A stretch of 64,000 nucleotides of DNA, from positions 1 through 64,000 of IMG/VR virus record IMGVR_UViG_3300005440_000009; one strand, written 5' to 3'. Under the pieces are notes generated by a model, which had not been told where the DNA came from, did no database searches, and saw only the letters and a list, made by a program, of their open reading frames with translations. This document shows positions 45,598 through 54,374 of the stretch, in pieces. Within the stretch, counting starts at the first letter, position 1. Every line of letters starts with the position of its first letter. Source of the stretch: a virus. Its lineage: Duplodnaviria; Caudoviricetes. The position numbers and the translations under genes are program-made.

Positions 45598-47269
45598 TCA
45601 CTTCCACTGCGTCGACCTATCCACGCAAAACTCCTCTCCTTTGGCGCGCACCATCTGCTCGCGGACGCTCCGAGCGACCGCGGCGGCGAGCGCGGGCGGC
45701 ATGGCTTGGCCGATCTGCGACCATCGCGAAATCTTCGTTTTCCCCGCGAACACCCATCCTTCAGGAAACCCTTGAAGGATCGCCGCGGCGAGCTCGGAAA
45801 GGACAACCGCGTTCGGCTGCGAGAGGATAGAGCCCGATTCGGGGTGATGGCCCGGCGGCGGAATGCCGGCGCGCGTGGTGACGGTGGTCGACGGCCGGTC
45901 CCATGGCCATTCGACGACGCAGGCGCCTTGGGCTCCGCGGCCGTCGCCTTTGGTGGTGACGGTGTAGGAGGGTTCGTCGGGGCGGCTCATCGGGTGGCGG
46001 GCGTGCTCGAGGAGGACGCGCTCGCGACCGGTGCGCGACGCCGTCACGGTTTTGCCGGGCTGATTCGGGACGTGCTCGCGCGTCGAGCCGTCTTTGCCCC
46101 GAAGTCGCCCGCGGGTTTTGACGGTGCGACCGATTTTCGCAGCGGGCAAATGCGAAAGCGCTGCCTTTAACCGTGACCCACGGCTCGAGGCTCGTGACTC
46201 CGGGCAAGCCGAGGAGATGAGGCGCGCAGTGCGTCCGCTCCGGCCAGCGAATGCAAGGCCCCGCGAGGTGCCCGTACCAAAAGGGCCGGACGCGGTGTTG
46301 CGGTGTTGCGTGAGACTTACAACCAGCGCAAGCCGCGACCTCTCTTGCGGCCTTTGAAATGTTTTCGCATGTGCTCGGAATTGTCCGCGTAGAGTTCGAG
46401 GTTTTCTGGCGCGTTGTTTCCGCGATTTTCGTCGCGGTGATGTACAACTTCGCTAGCTTTAAGCTTTCGCCCGATAGCTTTTTCCATGTTGACTCGATGT
46501 TGTCGTTTGTACTTTCCGTCGACTCGGATTCGCACATATCCGCGCTCGTCGAAGCGCTTGCCTCCCTTCCAGTTTGCGTTCGCCGGCCCTTTGGCTCCGC
46601 CAAAAGCTCTTCCCACTTTTTTAGCGTTACATTGCCGACAATATCCGGTCGTATTGTCCTTGCCGAGTTGAACCCCGCAAGCAGCGCAGACTCCGTAGGC
46701 GTGCGCGCTCCTCTTCGGCGTATGCTTTCGGCAGTATCCCGAACGATTGTCGAAGCGGAGAGCGTGTCCACAAAGTGCGCATGATTTTCGCATAGTTCTA
46801 CCCAACCGAAATCCGCGGCATCGAGGCTCGCGTAGTCGAGCACGCAATACCCTTCTTTCGAAAGAAAGGTGCCGATCAATTCTTGGACGATCGGCCAGTT
46901 GTCGGCGGTGTCGAGTCCCGGAACGTTGCCGATGAGGTACGCGCGTGGCCGAAGGAGCGCGATCAATTCGCACGTCTGTCGGAGCATGTCGCGTTCGTCT
47001 TTGGGGCCGAGGCGTTTGCCGGCGAGCGAGTACGGCGTGCACGGCGGATCGGCGACGATCAAGTCGAGCTCCCCGTGCATTCCCCATCCGTCTTTCACCA
47101 TGCGCAGGAGATCGCGCACATCGATGCAGATGGGGCGGTGGCCGAGATTCTCTTCGTACGAGGCGACCGCATTCGGGTCCTTGTCGAACGCGAACGCGAA
47201 TTCGATGCCGGCGCGGCGGAAGCCCTCGGCCATCCCGCCGGAGCAACAAAATACTTCGATCGCTCTCAT
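45598..47269 (-). CDS. C5 cytosine DNA methyltransferase with a 166-codon insert and a +1 frameshift near 46167
   Basis: FCCSGG, DPPCTPYS, IGNV, DAADFG|insert|TPQHRVR; C-terminal LQGFP..QIGQAMPP lies in the +1 frame (45598-46149). Confidence 0.8.
46317..46793 (-). CDS. HNH homing endonuclease nested in the -1 frame of the methyltransferase
   Basis: own ATG at 46793 and TAA at 46317; CALC..YC, CAAC..YC; NWKGG..GYVRI..HRVNME..VVHHRDENRGNN..NL. Confidence 0.9.
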   Translation of the reverse strand: MRKSCALCGHALRFDNRSGYCRKHTPKRSAHAYGVCAACGVQLGKDNTTGYCRQCNAKKVGRAFGGAKGPANANWKGGKRFDERGYVRIRVDGKYKRQHRVNMEKAIGRKLKASEVVHHRDENRGNNAPENLELYADNSEHMRKHFKGRKRGRGLRWL

Positions 47270-48273
47270 TGCGGGTAACCGTCGAACGTACGCCCGTCGA
47301 GCCAGCGCCCTGCGAGTTTCTTCGTCGTCTTGCGCATGATGACGGCTTGCGCGAATGCCCACTCGCGCAGTGTCGTGTAGGGCTTGTCCGCAATCGAAGC
47401 GACGATCGGCGCATGGTTCGATGGGAGCCACGGCACGATCGTTCCGTCCGGGTAGACCCACAGATCGCCTTTCTTTGGAGGTCCCAAAACGGCTTGCCAT
47501 GCGCCCCACTGCTTGAAAAAGAATGGAAGGCGTCGCGAGGCGCATTGGTCCGCGAGGGAGAGCGGCCAAGCGGGATGCATCGGGCGGGCGCCGTGTCCGC
47601 TTTCGCCCCCGGCGATCACCCAATCGAGTGTCGACTCGAGGTGCTTTTCGATCGTCATCGGCCCGAGGAGCGGCTCGGCGCTCAAGAAGTGGATCGCGGC
47701 GGGCGTGTGCATCAAGTCGACGATCAATTCATCGAATGACTCCTGCCGCCCCGCCGAGCAGCCGAGCCAAACGTTTTGAAGCGGCCACTTGAAATCAGTG
47801 ACGTGCTTTTGCCACTCGACGCCCGCCATCTCGAACGCAGCTTTGCCGATCACGTCCCGCTCGCCATCCCGCGACTCGTCACGTTCCCAGTGAAACCAGT
47901 CTCGAGCTCGCTTCGTCCTCTTGGTCAGAATCTGAAACGTGTGCCGCGGGCAAGCGGCCATGACGCCGAAGACAGCTGCGATGTCTTCATTCGGGAGCGA
48001 CTCGTGGAAGAGATCGCTCATGGAGTCGACTAAGATCCGCCGCGGCGCTTTCCAGTGCAGGGGCGCGTCGAGCGCATCCGGCACGAGGCGCGCCATGCCG
48101 GCCCAGTCGACGCCGTGCTTTCCGATGCGTGTCAAGCCCGCATAGGCGCCGCCCGGCACGTCTTGCCGGCGGGCTTGGCGCATCGCATAGCAGTTATCGC
48201 AATCGGTGTTGACGCGGGAGCAGCCGCGCGTCGCGTTCCAAACTTCGTTCGTCCATTCGATTTTGGTGCTCAC
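47266..48273 (-). CDS. phage Gp37/Gp68 (DUF5131) protein
   Basis: MSTKIEWT..WN..RGC....CDNCYA, SMSDLFH, HTFQILTKR, SAEPLLG, DWVIAGGESG, PFFFKQWG. Confidence 0.9.
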   Translation of the reverse strand: MSTKIEWTNEVWNATRGCSRVNTDCDNCYAMRQARRQDVPGGAYAGLTRIGKHGVDWAGMARLVPDALDAPLHWKAPRRILVDSMSDLFHESLPNEDIAAVFGVMAACPRHTFQILTKRTKRARDWFHWERDESRDGERDVIGKAAFEMAGVEWQKHVTDFKWPLQNVWLGCSAGRQESFDELIVDLMHTPAAIHFLSAEPLLGPMTIEKHLESTLDWVIAGGESGHGARPMHPAWPLSLADQCASRRLPFFFKQWGAWQAVLGPPKKGDLWVYPDGTIVPWLPSNHAPIVASIADKPYTTLREWAFAQAVIMRKTTKKLAGRWLDGRTFDGYPQ

Positions 48274-48482
48274 CGCGTTCTCTCCTTCATGATTTCGCGT
48301 AAACGCGCCTCGGCTACTTCGCGCGTCAAGTACGCTTTGTCAGGTGGTATGGGCAGCAATTGTCCGACTCCCACGACGACTAGGACTTCGTCGTTGCTCT
48401 CGGACCACACCTCAGCCTCGAACACCTGCGGGTCTCCGCGGTCTTCACGACCGATCACGTAAACCCGGCGTCGGGTGTTCAT
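48270..48482 (-). CDS. hypothetical protein
   Basis: ATG at 48482 with ATGA overlap. Confidence 0.5.
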   Translation of the reverse strand: MNTRRRVYVIGREDRGDPQVFEAEVWSESNDEVLVVVGVGQLLPIPPDKAYLTREVAEARLREIMKERTR

Positions 48483-48856
48483 GCTTGGGCGCCTTCGTGG
48501 ATTTGCACCCGCACGCGCGCCCAGCCGCGTTGCGTGTCTCGACAGTAGCCCACCACGCAGCGAAGCATCCCCATGGCTTCGACGCTGTCGACCTGGCAGA
48601 GCCACGGCGCGATCTCCCCGAACATCTCCGGCACGTCGTCCCGGAGCTCGGCGATGAAGCTCGCGCGCTTTTCGAGCGGCATCACCATCAGGGAAATGTC
48701 CGTCTCGAGGCAAAAGATAAACCCGAACAAGTTCCCGAGATCGAGCTCGGTCTCCTCGACCTTGGCGCACAGCGTTTCGTGCGAGCTCTCGATGATGCTA
48801 TTGATCAGGCGCTCGTCGGCGTCGGCCGCGTTATCCGTCAAGCATTTAATCGCCAT
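48479..48856 (-). CDS. hypothetical protein
   Basis: 125 aa acidic, coupled. Confidence 0.55.
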   Translation of the reverse strand: MAIKCLTDNAADADERLINSIIESSHETLCAKVEETELDLGNLFGFIFCLETDISLMVMPLEKRASFIAELRDDVPEMFGEIAPWLCQVDSVEAMGMLRCVVGYCRDTQRGWARVRVQIHEGAQA

Positions 48857-49238
48857 CGGCGGGCTCCGCTTTTAGGTGGTGCAATTGCTTCACGCACTCG
48901 TGGAGTTTGCCATCGGCCGTTTCGATTTGCCGCACGCGCCGCTCGATCTCGTTTCGGCCGAGCGCGGGCAAATCGCGATTGAGCGCGCGCCTCGCTTCGC
49001 GGACTTCAGCGCGGGCGCGCTCCACGGTCTCGGTCCACTTGTTGATTTCACGTTGGCGCTCGCGAGCGCGGCTGGTCTTTTTGCAAGCGAGGCCGTAGTC
49101 GCGCGCCTCCCGGAAGGCATTGGCGTTGGCCACGCGGTAGGCCACGGCGGAGCGATTGAGCCCGGCACGATTGGCCGCCATCGTGATGTCGCCATCGACG
49201 CGGAGTGACTCGATCGCTTTCTTCCAGCGCTTTTTCAC
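48846..49238 (-). CDS. HTH + coiled-coil protein
   Basis: GDITMAANRAGLNRSAVAYR; GTG at 49238 by GTGA overlap. Confidence 0.55.
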   Translation of the reverse strand: MKKRWKKAIESLRVDGDITMAANRAGLNRSAVAYRVANANAFREARDYGLACKKTSRARERQREINKWTETVERARAEVREARRALNRDLPALGRNEIERRVRQIETADGKLHECVKQLHHLKAEPADGD

Positions 49239-49462
49239 GACCGCACCGGCACCCACAGCGGATACGAAATCTCTCCCTTGGTGGCGCGATGGATCTTGTC
49301 CGCGAATTCGACGCTGACGCGGCGCTCGGGATCTTTCAGCTGCATCAAGTGCCGGAAGTCGCGATCGGAAAGGCCCGCCGCTTTCGCGAACGCCGTGCGC
49401 GTTAGGCCGTGGTCGCTGATCCAGCGGTCTAGGATGTCGTAAGCCAGGATTTGGCAAGCCAT
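49235..49462 (-). CDS. Cro/XRE-type HTH regulator
   Basis: GLTRTAFAKAAGLS..F....RRVSVEFADKIHRATKGEI. Confidence 0.75.
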   Translation of the reverse strand: MACQILAYDILDRWISDHGLTRTAFAKAAGLSDRDFRHLMQLKDPERRVSVEFADKIHRATKGEISYPLWVPVRS

Positions 49463-49674
49463 GGGGCCTTCCCTCCGTGGGTACACCACTCACGCAGTCC
49501 GCGCACGGTCGCCTCGAGCTCGTGAATGCGCTCGAGCGGCGCTGCTTCGGCGTCGACTTGCGTGACGCTCACAACGGCACCCGGGTGCCAGCACGCGGCC
49601 TCGGCCCACCATGAGCCGCCGCGCATCGTGACGCAGAGCACGCCATATTCGTCGACTTCCGCTTCTATTTTCAT
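49429..49674 (-). CDS. hypothetical protein
   Basis: ATGA-coupled; 3' end overlaps the Cro gene start. Confidence 0.4.
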   Translation of the reverse strand: MKIEAEVDEYGVLCVTMRGGSWWAEAACWHPGAVVSVTQVDAEAAPLERIHELEATVRGLREWCTHGGKAPWLAKSWLTTS

Positions 49675-49889
49675 TTCTCACCCAACATGCGTTTGATTTC
49701 TTCCCAACCGAAGCCGGCGTTACTGCCGAGGTAGCCGAGCGCGTAGGCGGCGCGTTCGGTCAAGCTTCCATCGATGGATCTCGCGACTCGACACGCGCGC
49801 CGAAAGGTTTCGCGCTTTCGCACCTTCGGGTTTCGGTGCGGCCGCTCGTGGCGGCGGCGCGGCGGCCGGTGGCGATGCTTCCGAATCAT
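49671..49889 (-). CDS. basic hypothetical protein
   Basis: MIRKHRHR, ATG at 49889. Confidence 0.45.
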   Translation of the reverse strand: MIRKHRHRPPRRRHERPHRNPKVRKRETFRRACRVARSIDGSLTERAAYALGYLGSNAGFGWEEIKRMLGEK

Positions 49890-49932
49890 GGCCGAAGCCC
49901 GAGGAGCGCGCGAGCATCGAGGAGAAGCCGCG

Positions 49933-50124
49933 TCATTTCTTGTAGCTCCACCATCGAGCCTCGTCGCGCTCAGCACGAGCTTCGCGAAACCGCGCGACGT
50001 GGGGATGCCCGCGCACATAGCCCATCGGCGACATGCACGGGTGATCCGGGAACGCGTGGCAGTGGGGGCACCATGCGCGATTGGCCTCGGCCTCCGTTAC
50101 GCGCTCGGAATCCTTCCGTTCCAT
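49933..50124 (-). CDS. small zinc-finger protein
   Basis: WCPHC..HPC....HPHVAR. Confidence 0.5.
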   Translation of the reverse strand: MERKDSERVTEAEANRAWCPHCHAFPDHPCMSPMGYVRGHPHVARFREARAERDEARWWSYKK

Positions 50125-50384
50125 CAGTCATCCTCCAATCGCTCCACATGGATCCGGTAAACCGCGCTCCGCTTCGTTTCCACGAACACCGTCCGCTTGC
50201 CACGTTTCCGCGGCCGCGCGACAACGGCGCATCCCTGCTTCGGATCGAAGTCCGAATCCCAAAAGGCCCCTTCACCGAAGAGCTCGCGAAGGGCGGCCGT
50301 GCGGGCCTCGAGTTTGTCGTCGGCTTCCACCTTGCACTCGAGCGTGGAGCCGCGGCGTGTCAGTTGGACCATAAACTGGCTCAT
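50124..50384 (-). CDS. hypothetical protein
   Basis: 86 aa, coupled. Confidence 0.5.
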   Translation of the reverse strand: MSQFMVQLTRRGSTLECKVEADDKLEARTAALRELFGEGAFWDSDFDPKQGCAVVARPRKRGKRTVFVETKRSAVYRIHVERLEDD

Positions 50385-50614
50385 TGGGGGTTAGCCCATT
50401 TGTTTTCGGTTTCCATGATGCGCTTTGCGCAGTCTCGCTGGACGCGGAGCCGCTCGGCGCCGTTCGCGGGATAGCTTCCACGATTTCCAGCAGCCTCGTG
50501 CGAGGCGCGAAGATACTCCGGGATCCACTCAACGATAACCGTCTGTCCGCGAGGGCCGCTCCAAGAGCAGCGCTCGCCATAGACACGGCCACATTCGCAA
50601 TGCACTCGGCTCAT
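50381..50614 (-). CDS. hypothetical Cys-containing protein
   Basis: CECG....RCSW; coupled. Confidence 0.5.
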   Translation of the reverse strand: MSRVHCECGRVYGERCSWSGPRGQTVIVEWIPEYLRASHEAAGNRGSYPANGAERLRVQRDCAKRIMETENKWANPQ

Positions 50615-50931
50615 TCTTTCAACCCTTTCGCTTTCTCACCATCGCCGACCCCTTTCCGAATCTCGATCTCCCGAGCCGCGTCCTTCCCAAGCGCCCGCGC
50701 GTCCTGGTCGTAGCTAATCGTCGGCTTCCGAGCGGTACGCATATTCAAGCTTTTGGGGAGCGCCATGACTTGTTGGACCAAACTCCGCCGAAAACTCTCG
50801 GCAGCGTCGTCTCCCGCAACTTCTCGGATCGCCTCCAAAACGCGCTCGCCGAGATGTTTTCGCTTGGCGGGGTCACGAAGAATCGCGGTCGCTACAGCGG
50901 CGCCGACCAGGTCCCACTCCCAGCCGTTCAT
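50611..50931 (-). CDS. hypothetical protein
   Basis: 106 aa, coupled. Confidence 0.5.
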   Translation of the reverse strand: MNGWEWDLVGAAVATAILRDPAKRKHLGERVLEAIREVAGDDAAESFRRSLVQQVMALPKSLNMRTARKPTISYDQDARALGKDAAREIEIRKGVGDGEKAKGLKE

Positions 50932-51089
50932 GCGCCGCCCTCCAGCCTTTTGACTTTCCGCGACAACTCGCGGCCAAGCGCGAGAAAAGCGTCGGCCAAG
51001 AATTGGTGATGCTCGGCAGCGCGGAACGCCTTACGGGCATCGCGCCGGAGCTTGCGTAGCTCGGTCGGCCGCTTGCGGACGCCCATCAC
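50928..51089 (-). CDS. small basic helical protein
   Basis: GTGA overlap; MGVRKRPTELRK. Confidence 0.45.
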   Translation of the reverse strand: MMGVRKRPTELRKLRRDARKAFRAAEHHQFLADAFLALGRELSRKVKRLEGGA

Positions 51090-51916
51090 TCGCGCTCCGC
51101 GCGGATCCACTCATCGTCGACCAGTTCGCGGACCTCGAATCCGCAGAGCAGGTGACCGCGGTTGCGCTGATGGAGTTGTTCGTTCGCCAGGTCGACCGCT
51201 GCCTCGGCCTGGTCGCGGGTCGCGTAGCGCTCACGGGGGCCCGAATCGTCCAGCGAGGTCGACCAGTAAACACACCACGCGCCGTCCGAATCTTCTTCGC
51301 CAACGCGCTCTTGCTTCTGTCGGCGAAGATAATCCTCAGCGTCTTCGCCGTCATTGGCCTCATTGGCGGCCGTCGCGAATTCCTCGGCCGCCGCGATTGC
51401 CTCAGCCTCCGTCGAGTAGGACGTGTCGTCACATTCGTCGCTCCCGCCCGCGTCGTCGCGCGTTCGGAGATACCAGACGCCGGCCACCTCGCCGACCTGG
51501 ACCTCTACGTCACACGCTCCGTCCGAGCCGTAACAATCGCTGGCGTCCGGGTAAGTTTGCACGTAGGTCGCCTCGGTCGACCAGGACCGGACGCCGCTCT
51601 TGTCGGCGCCGAGATCCTCAGCCGACAGATCGTGCGTGAGGCGCGCGATCACCTGCCCATCCGCATCCCACACGAGCGCGTAGATCGTCTGTCCGACCTC
51701 GTACCCGTCGCTCGGGGACAGGCCGGCGGCCTCGACGTCCAGCTCCGCGGCTACGTCCGAGACCGCGTCTTCGGACGAGTCCGCCTCGATTTCGAGGTCC
51801 TCGTGTGAGGGCCACGCACTGGGGCCACTCACGGCGGGGTCGGCGTCAAATATGGTATATGTGTAACGCCGCGTGTCGCGATATTTGACGTCGCGGATTT
51901 CGATCGTGCGGCTCAT
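51086..51916 (-). CDS. highly acidic hypothetical protein
   Basis: 276 aa Asp/Glu-rich; ATGA overlap with the RadC gene. Confidence 0.6.
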   Translation of the reverse strand: MSRTIEIRDVKYRDTRRYTYTIFDADPAVSGPSAWPSHEDLEIEADSSEDAVSDVAAELDVEAAGLSPSDGYEVGQTIYALVWDADGQVIARLTHDLSAEDLGADKSGVRSWSTEATYVQTYPDASDCYGSDGACDVEVQVGEVAGVWYLRTRDDAGGSDECDDTSYSTEAEAIAAAEEFATAANEANDGEDAEDYLRRQKQERVGEEDSDGAWCVYWSTSLDDSGPRERYATRDQAEAAVDLANEQLHQRNRGHLLCGFEVRELVDDEWIRAERE

Positions 51917-52350
51917 GACAGCACCGAACGCGTGCGGCCCGAGACGACCGCCACCACGATATGGTCACAGAACGCGAGCCCGACCGCGTCACACCCCGCG
52001 CGCACGGCTTCCGTCATGAAGCGATCTTCCGGCGACGGCGTAGGATCCTCGCTTGGATGATTGTGAGAGAGAATGATCCGCGAAGCGTTCAAGGTGAGCG
52101 CCGCGCGAAGCACGTCTGCAACGGTCACCGCGCAACCATGCAAGCCGCCCCGCGCTACCTCGACAAGCCCGATCACATTGTTTCGGGCGTCGAGCCCGAG
52201 AAGTAGCAGGCACTCCCCCGCCGGTCGCATGACGCGGAACCACGCTAAAAGCGTGCGCGTGGCGTGATCGAAGTCCGGCGCGCTCGCTTCGGCGACGTTT
52301 AGAACGCGTTCACGCCGTAGCGTGAGCCGATACTGGATAACCTTGGACAC
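51913..52350 (-). CDS. radC: RadC-like JAB domain protein
   Basis: E..LLLGLDARN, IILSHNHPSEDPTPSPED, CDHIVV; GTG at 52350 after the start motif. Confidence 0.85.
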   Translation of the reverse strand: MSKVIQYRLTLRRERVLNVAEASAPDFDHATRTLLAWFRVMRPAGECLLLLGLDARNNVIGLVEVARGGLHGCAVTVADVLRAALTLNASRIILSHNHPSEDPTPSPEDRFMTEAVRAGCDAVGLAFCDHIVVAVVSGRTRSVLS

Positions 52351-52353
52351 TTT

Positions 52354-52384
52354 CTCACCGCTTTCTTTCGGGACAAGCCCCGAA
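52354..52384 (-). repeat. start-associated motif plus hairpin, copy 1
   Basis: AGAAAGCGGTGAG at 52366-52354; stem 52367-72 / 52379-84. Confidence 0.8.
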
Positions 52385-52529
52385 GCCTCGAACGCTGGCG
52401 CTAATCCTTTGGTCAGGCACCCGCCAAAGCGGTGAAACCAAAGCGGGCCGTTTCCCTTGGTGCTCGGCCCAGCGTTCGAGACTTCGAAGCGCGAGCCATG
52501 GTGGCTCGCGCCCGAAGCGCCGCGCCCGC

Positions 52530-53147
52530 TTAGATGCGCGCGGGCATCACTATGATCGTCGCTTCTCCCTGATAGTCCGCGTTTTCCCCCATGAACGAAG
52601 CATCCACGCGGGCCGGATCTAACTCTTGACCAAGTCGCAACTGGCACAGAGTCGTGCGACACCCATGGCTTTCTGCAATCTCGCCAAGCACACCGAGTGC
52701 CGCGAGATAGAAGGCGTTAAATCCGACGCATGCGGCCGGCTGAGGCATGTTCGCGATCGTCGGAATGACTTGATCCGCGGCCGGGAAAGTCGCGTCTACT
52801 TTCGGAAGCGCGGCTTGTACGTCACCCGACGCGATCGTAAAGCCCTTTTCCCCTGGGGTGACGCGCACCTTTGTGCGCTTGCTTCCCAAGCCCTTCAGCG
52901 CGGCTTGGAGCTTTTTGGCATTGACTAGGTGCTCCACGGCTTCCTTCGTATCGTTGTCGCGTGGCTCCGTCGACTTGGCCGCGTCGATCTTGATCAACCG
53001 GTGCCCGTCCGTTGCGACGACGCGCCCGCGACCCGTATCGAAACAGACACTGGCAATGTTGACGCGCGTGAAGTCCGAGCTTGCGTAGGACGTCACCGCG
53101 CGAAGCTCCGCGATCGTTGCCTCGAACGTTCCGTTTTCGTATTTCAT
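52530..53147 (-). CDS. DNA polymerase III beta-clamp-like protein (about 205 aa)
   Basis: RVVATDGHRL signature, FPAADQVIP, GFNAFYL; shorter than a full three-domain DnaN. Confidence 0.65.
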   Translation of the reverse strand: MKYENGTFEATIAELRAVTSYASSDFTRVNIASVCFDTGRGRVVATDGHRLIKIDAAKSTEPRDNDTKEAVEHLVNAKKLQAALKGLGSKRTKVRVTPGEKGFTIASGDVQAALPKVDATFPAADQVIPTIANMPQPAACVGFNAFYLAALGVLGEIAESHGCRTTLCQLRLGQELDPARVDASFMGENADYQGEATIIVMPARI

Positions 53148-53151
53148 TTGG

Positions 53152-53185
53152 CTCACCGCTTTCTATGTCGGGCTCGATTGCCCGA
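53152..53185 (-). repeat. start-associated motif plus hairpin, copy 2
   Basis: AGAAAGCGGTGAG at 53164-53152; stem 53168-73 / 53180-85. Confidence 0.8.
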
Positions 53186-53230
53186 TTCGACGCGCTAGCG
53201 TGGCTGGCGCGCCGAGTCGGTCTCGCGAGG

Positions 53231-53605
53231 CTACTTGGGGAAGTCCGGCAATCCGTGCGCCCGGAGCCAAGGGTAGACACGAAGCGCCGAACGGATTGAA
53301 ACGTTGGCCGCTTTCCGTGCGTCGCCGAACGTTCGGCGCCAGTAGTCGATCAACGCCTCGAAGTCCGCGCGGACTTCCACCGGCTTTTCGGCCGTTGTCT
53401 CGCGCTCGTTTCGGGCGCGGCATGTCTCGCAAAGCTCGGCGCCTTCGAAAGCGTTATCGCCTTCGAATTGTGCGCGCATGGCGGCTGCATCTTGCGTGCT
53501 CACGCGAGACCAGCGCTCCCAGACCCAAGAGTCGGATCCGCGCATGGGCGCGTGTTTTTCGCATGCGATCGCGCCCCTTTCGCTCCAAAACAATGTTTTT
53601 CCCAT
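53231..53605 (-). CDS. hypothetical protein
   Basis: ATG at 53605 after the motif; CEKH..CETC. Confidence 0.6.
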   Translation of the reverse strand: MGKTLFWSERGAIACEKHAPMRGSDSWVWERWSRVSTQDAAAMRAQFEGDNAFEGAELCETCRARNERETTAEKPVEVRADFEALIDYWRRTFGDARKAANVSIRSALRVYPWLRAHGLPDFPK

Positions 53606-53608
53606 TGG

Positions 53609-53641
53609 CTCACCGCTTTTTTCGCTCCACTTGTCGGAGCG
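53609..53641 (-). repeat. start-associated motif plus hairpin, copy 3
   Basis: AAAAAGCGGTGAG at 53621-53609; stem 53623-28 / 53636-41. Confidence 0.8.
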
Positions 53642-53692
53642 GACCGAATCGCGTACCGGTAAAACCCCGGTGCGCGGCCGGTGCCGCACCGG

Positions 53693-53926
53693 CTAGTAAA
53701 ACCCCCAACGATTGGCGAGACGGACGGGAGCGTCGACCGCTTCGACGCGGGCCGGTTTTCCGTAACAGGTTTTACCCCGCGCGAAGGCTTCGGCGTCTCG
53801 TTTCGAGTTATGGCGAGACACCATGTGGCCGTCGCCCATGGGTCCGCTCCCGCCATCGTCGCCCAAGTAGTGTAAAACCTCGTAAACTCGTATCGTTCTC
53901 TCGGCTCGCGCGCTTGACCTGGCCAT
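53693..53926 (-). CDS. hypothetical protein
   Basis: ATG at 53926 after the motif. Confidence 0.6.
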   Translation of the reverse strand: MARSSARAERTIRVYEVLHYLGDDGGSGPMGDGHMVSRHNSKRDAEAFARGKTCYGKPARVEAVDAPVRLANRWGFY

Positions 53927-53929
53927 GTT

Positions 53930-53959
53930 CTCACCGCTTTCTGTGCGCCCGACTCGGGC
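53930..53959 (-). repeat. start-associated motif plus hairpin, copy 4
   Basis: AGAAAGCGGTGAG at 53942-53930; stem 53947-51 / 53955-59. Confidence 0.8.
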
Positions 53960-54128
53960 TCGTACGGACATCTAGCACCGGACATGCCACACCGGACCGG
54001 TGCGCCAAGCGCCCGAAACTACTAGAACACCGTTGTTTTACCGCGTAGGCCGGTGCGCACTTGGCGCCCGACGGTTCGCACTCGGAGCGAACTACGGTTC
54101 GCCTGTCTTTTTGACCTGGGTCCAACGG

Positions 54129-54374
54129 TCAAAACGACCGTTTTTTCCAGGTACGGCCGGAGAGGATCGCCTTGATCGTTTCGTGCGACACGCCGAAAAG
54201 AGCGCCGATGGCTTTCCGCTTGGCTCCTAGCTTGGCGAGCCTGCGGATGAATCGGACGTCCCTCTCGGTCAGTTTTCGCTTTCCAGTGCCGCTCGCCTTG
54301 GCGGTAGCGGCCTTTTCTGGCCAGATCAGGCATGAGTCCGATTGCTTCGTTTTCGACCAGAACCACTCATCCAC
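54129..54374 (-). CDS. HNH-derived HTH protein with the nuclease core missing
   Basis: FWSKTKQSDSCLIW joined almost directly to KLTERDVRFIR..IGALFGVSHETIKAILSGRTWK; start (GTG at 54374) uncertain. Confidence 0.6.
   Translation of the reverse strand: MDEWFWSKTKQSDSCLIWPEKAATAKASGTGKRKLTERDVRFIRRLAKLGAKRKAIGALFGVSHETIKAILSGRTWKKRSF

Noticed and set aside
46307-46804. Intein or group I intron as the explanation of the MTase insert
   Set aside because: No Cys/Ser start or His-Asn end; the exact excision needed does not end in G; almost no sequence outside the HNH ORF. Not fully excluded without RT-PCR
48846-49238. Small terminase subunit call
   Set aside because: Only an HTH resemblance; it sits among early genes with no large terminase or portal nearby
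53668-54071. CCGGTGCGC repeats and a GCGCCAAG/CTTGGCGC inversion near the divergent region
   Set aside because: Short GC-rich matches that could arise by chance; no function supportable
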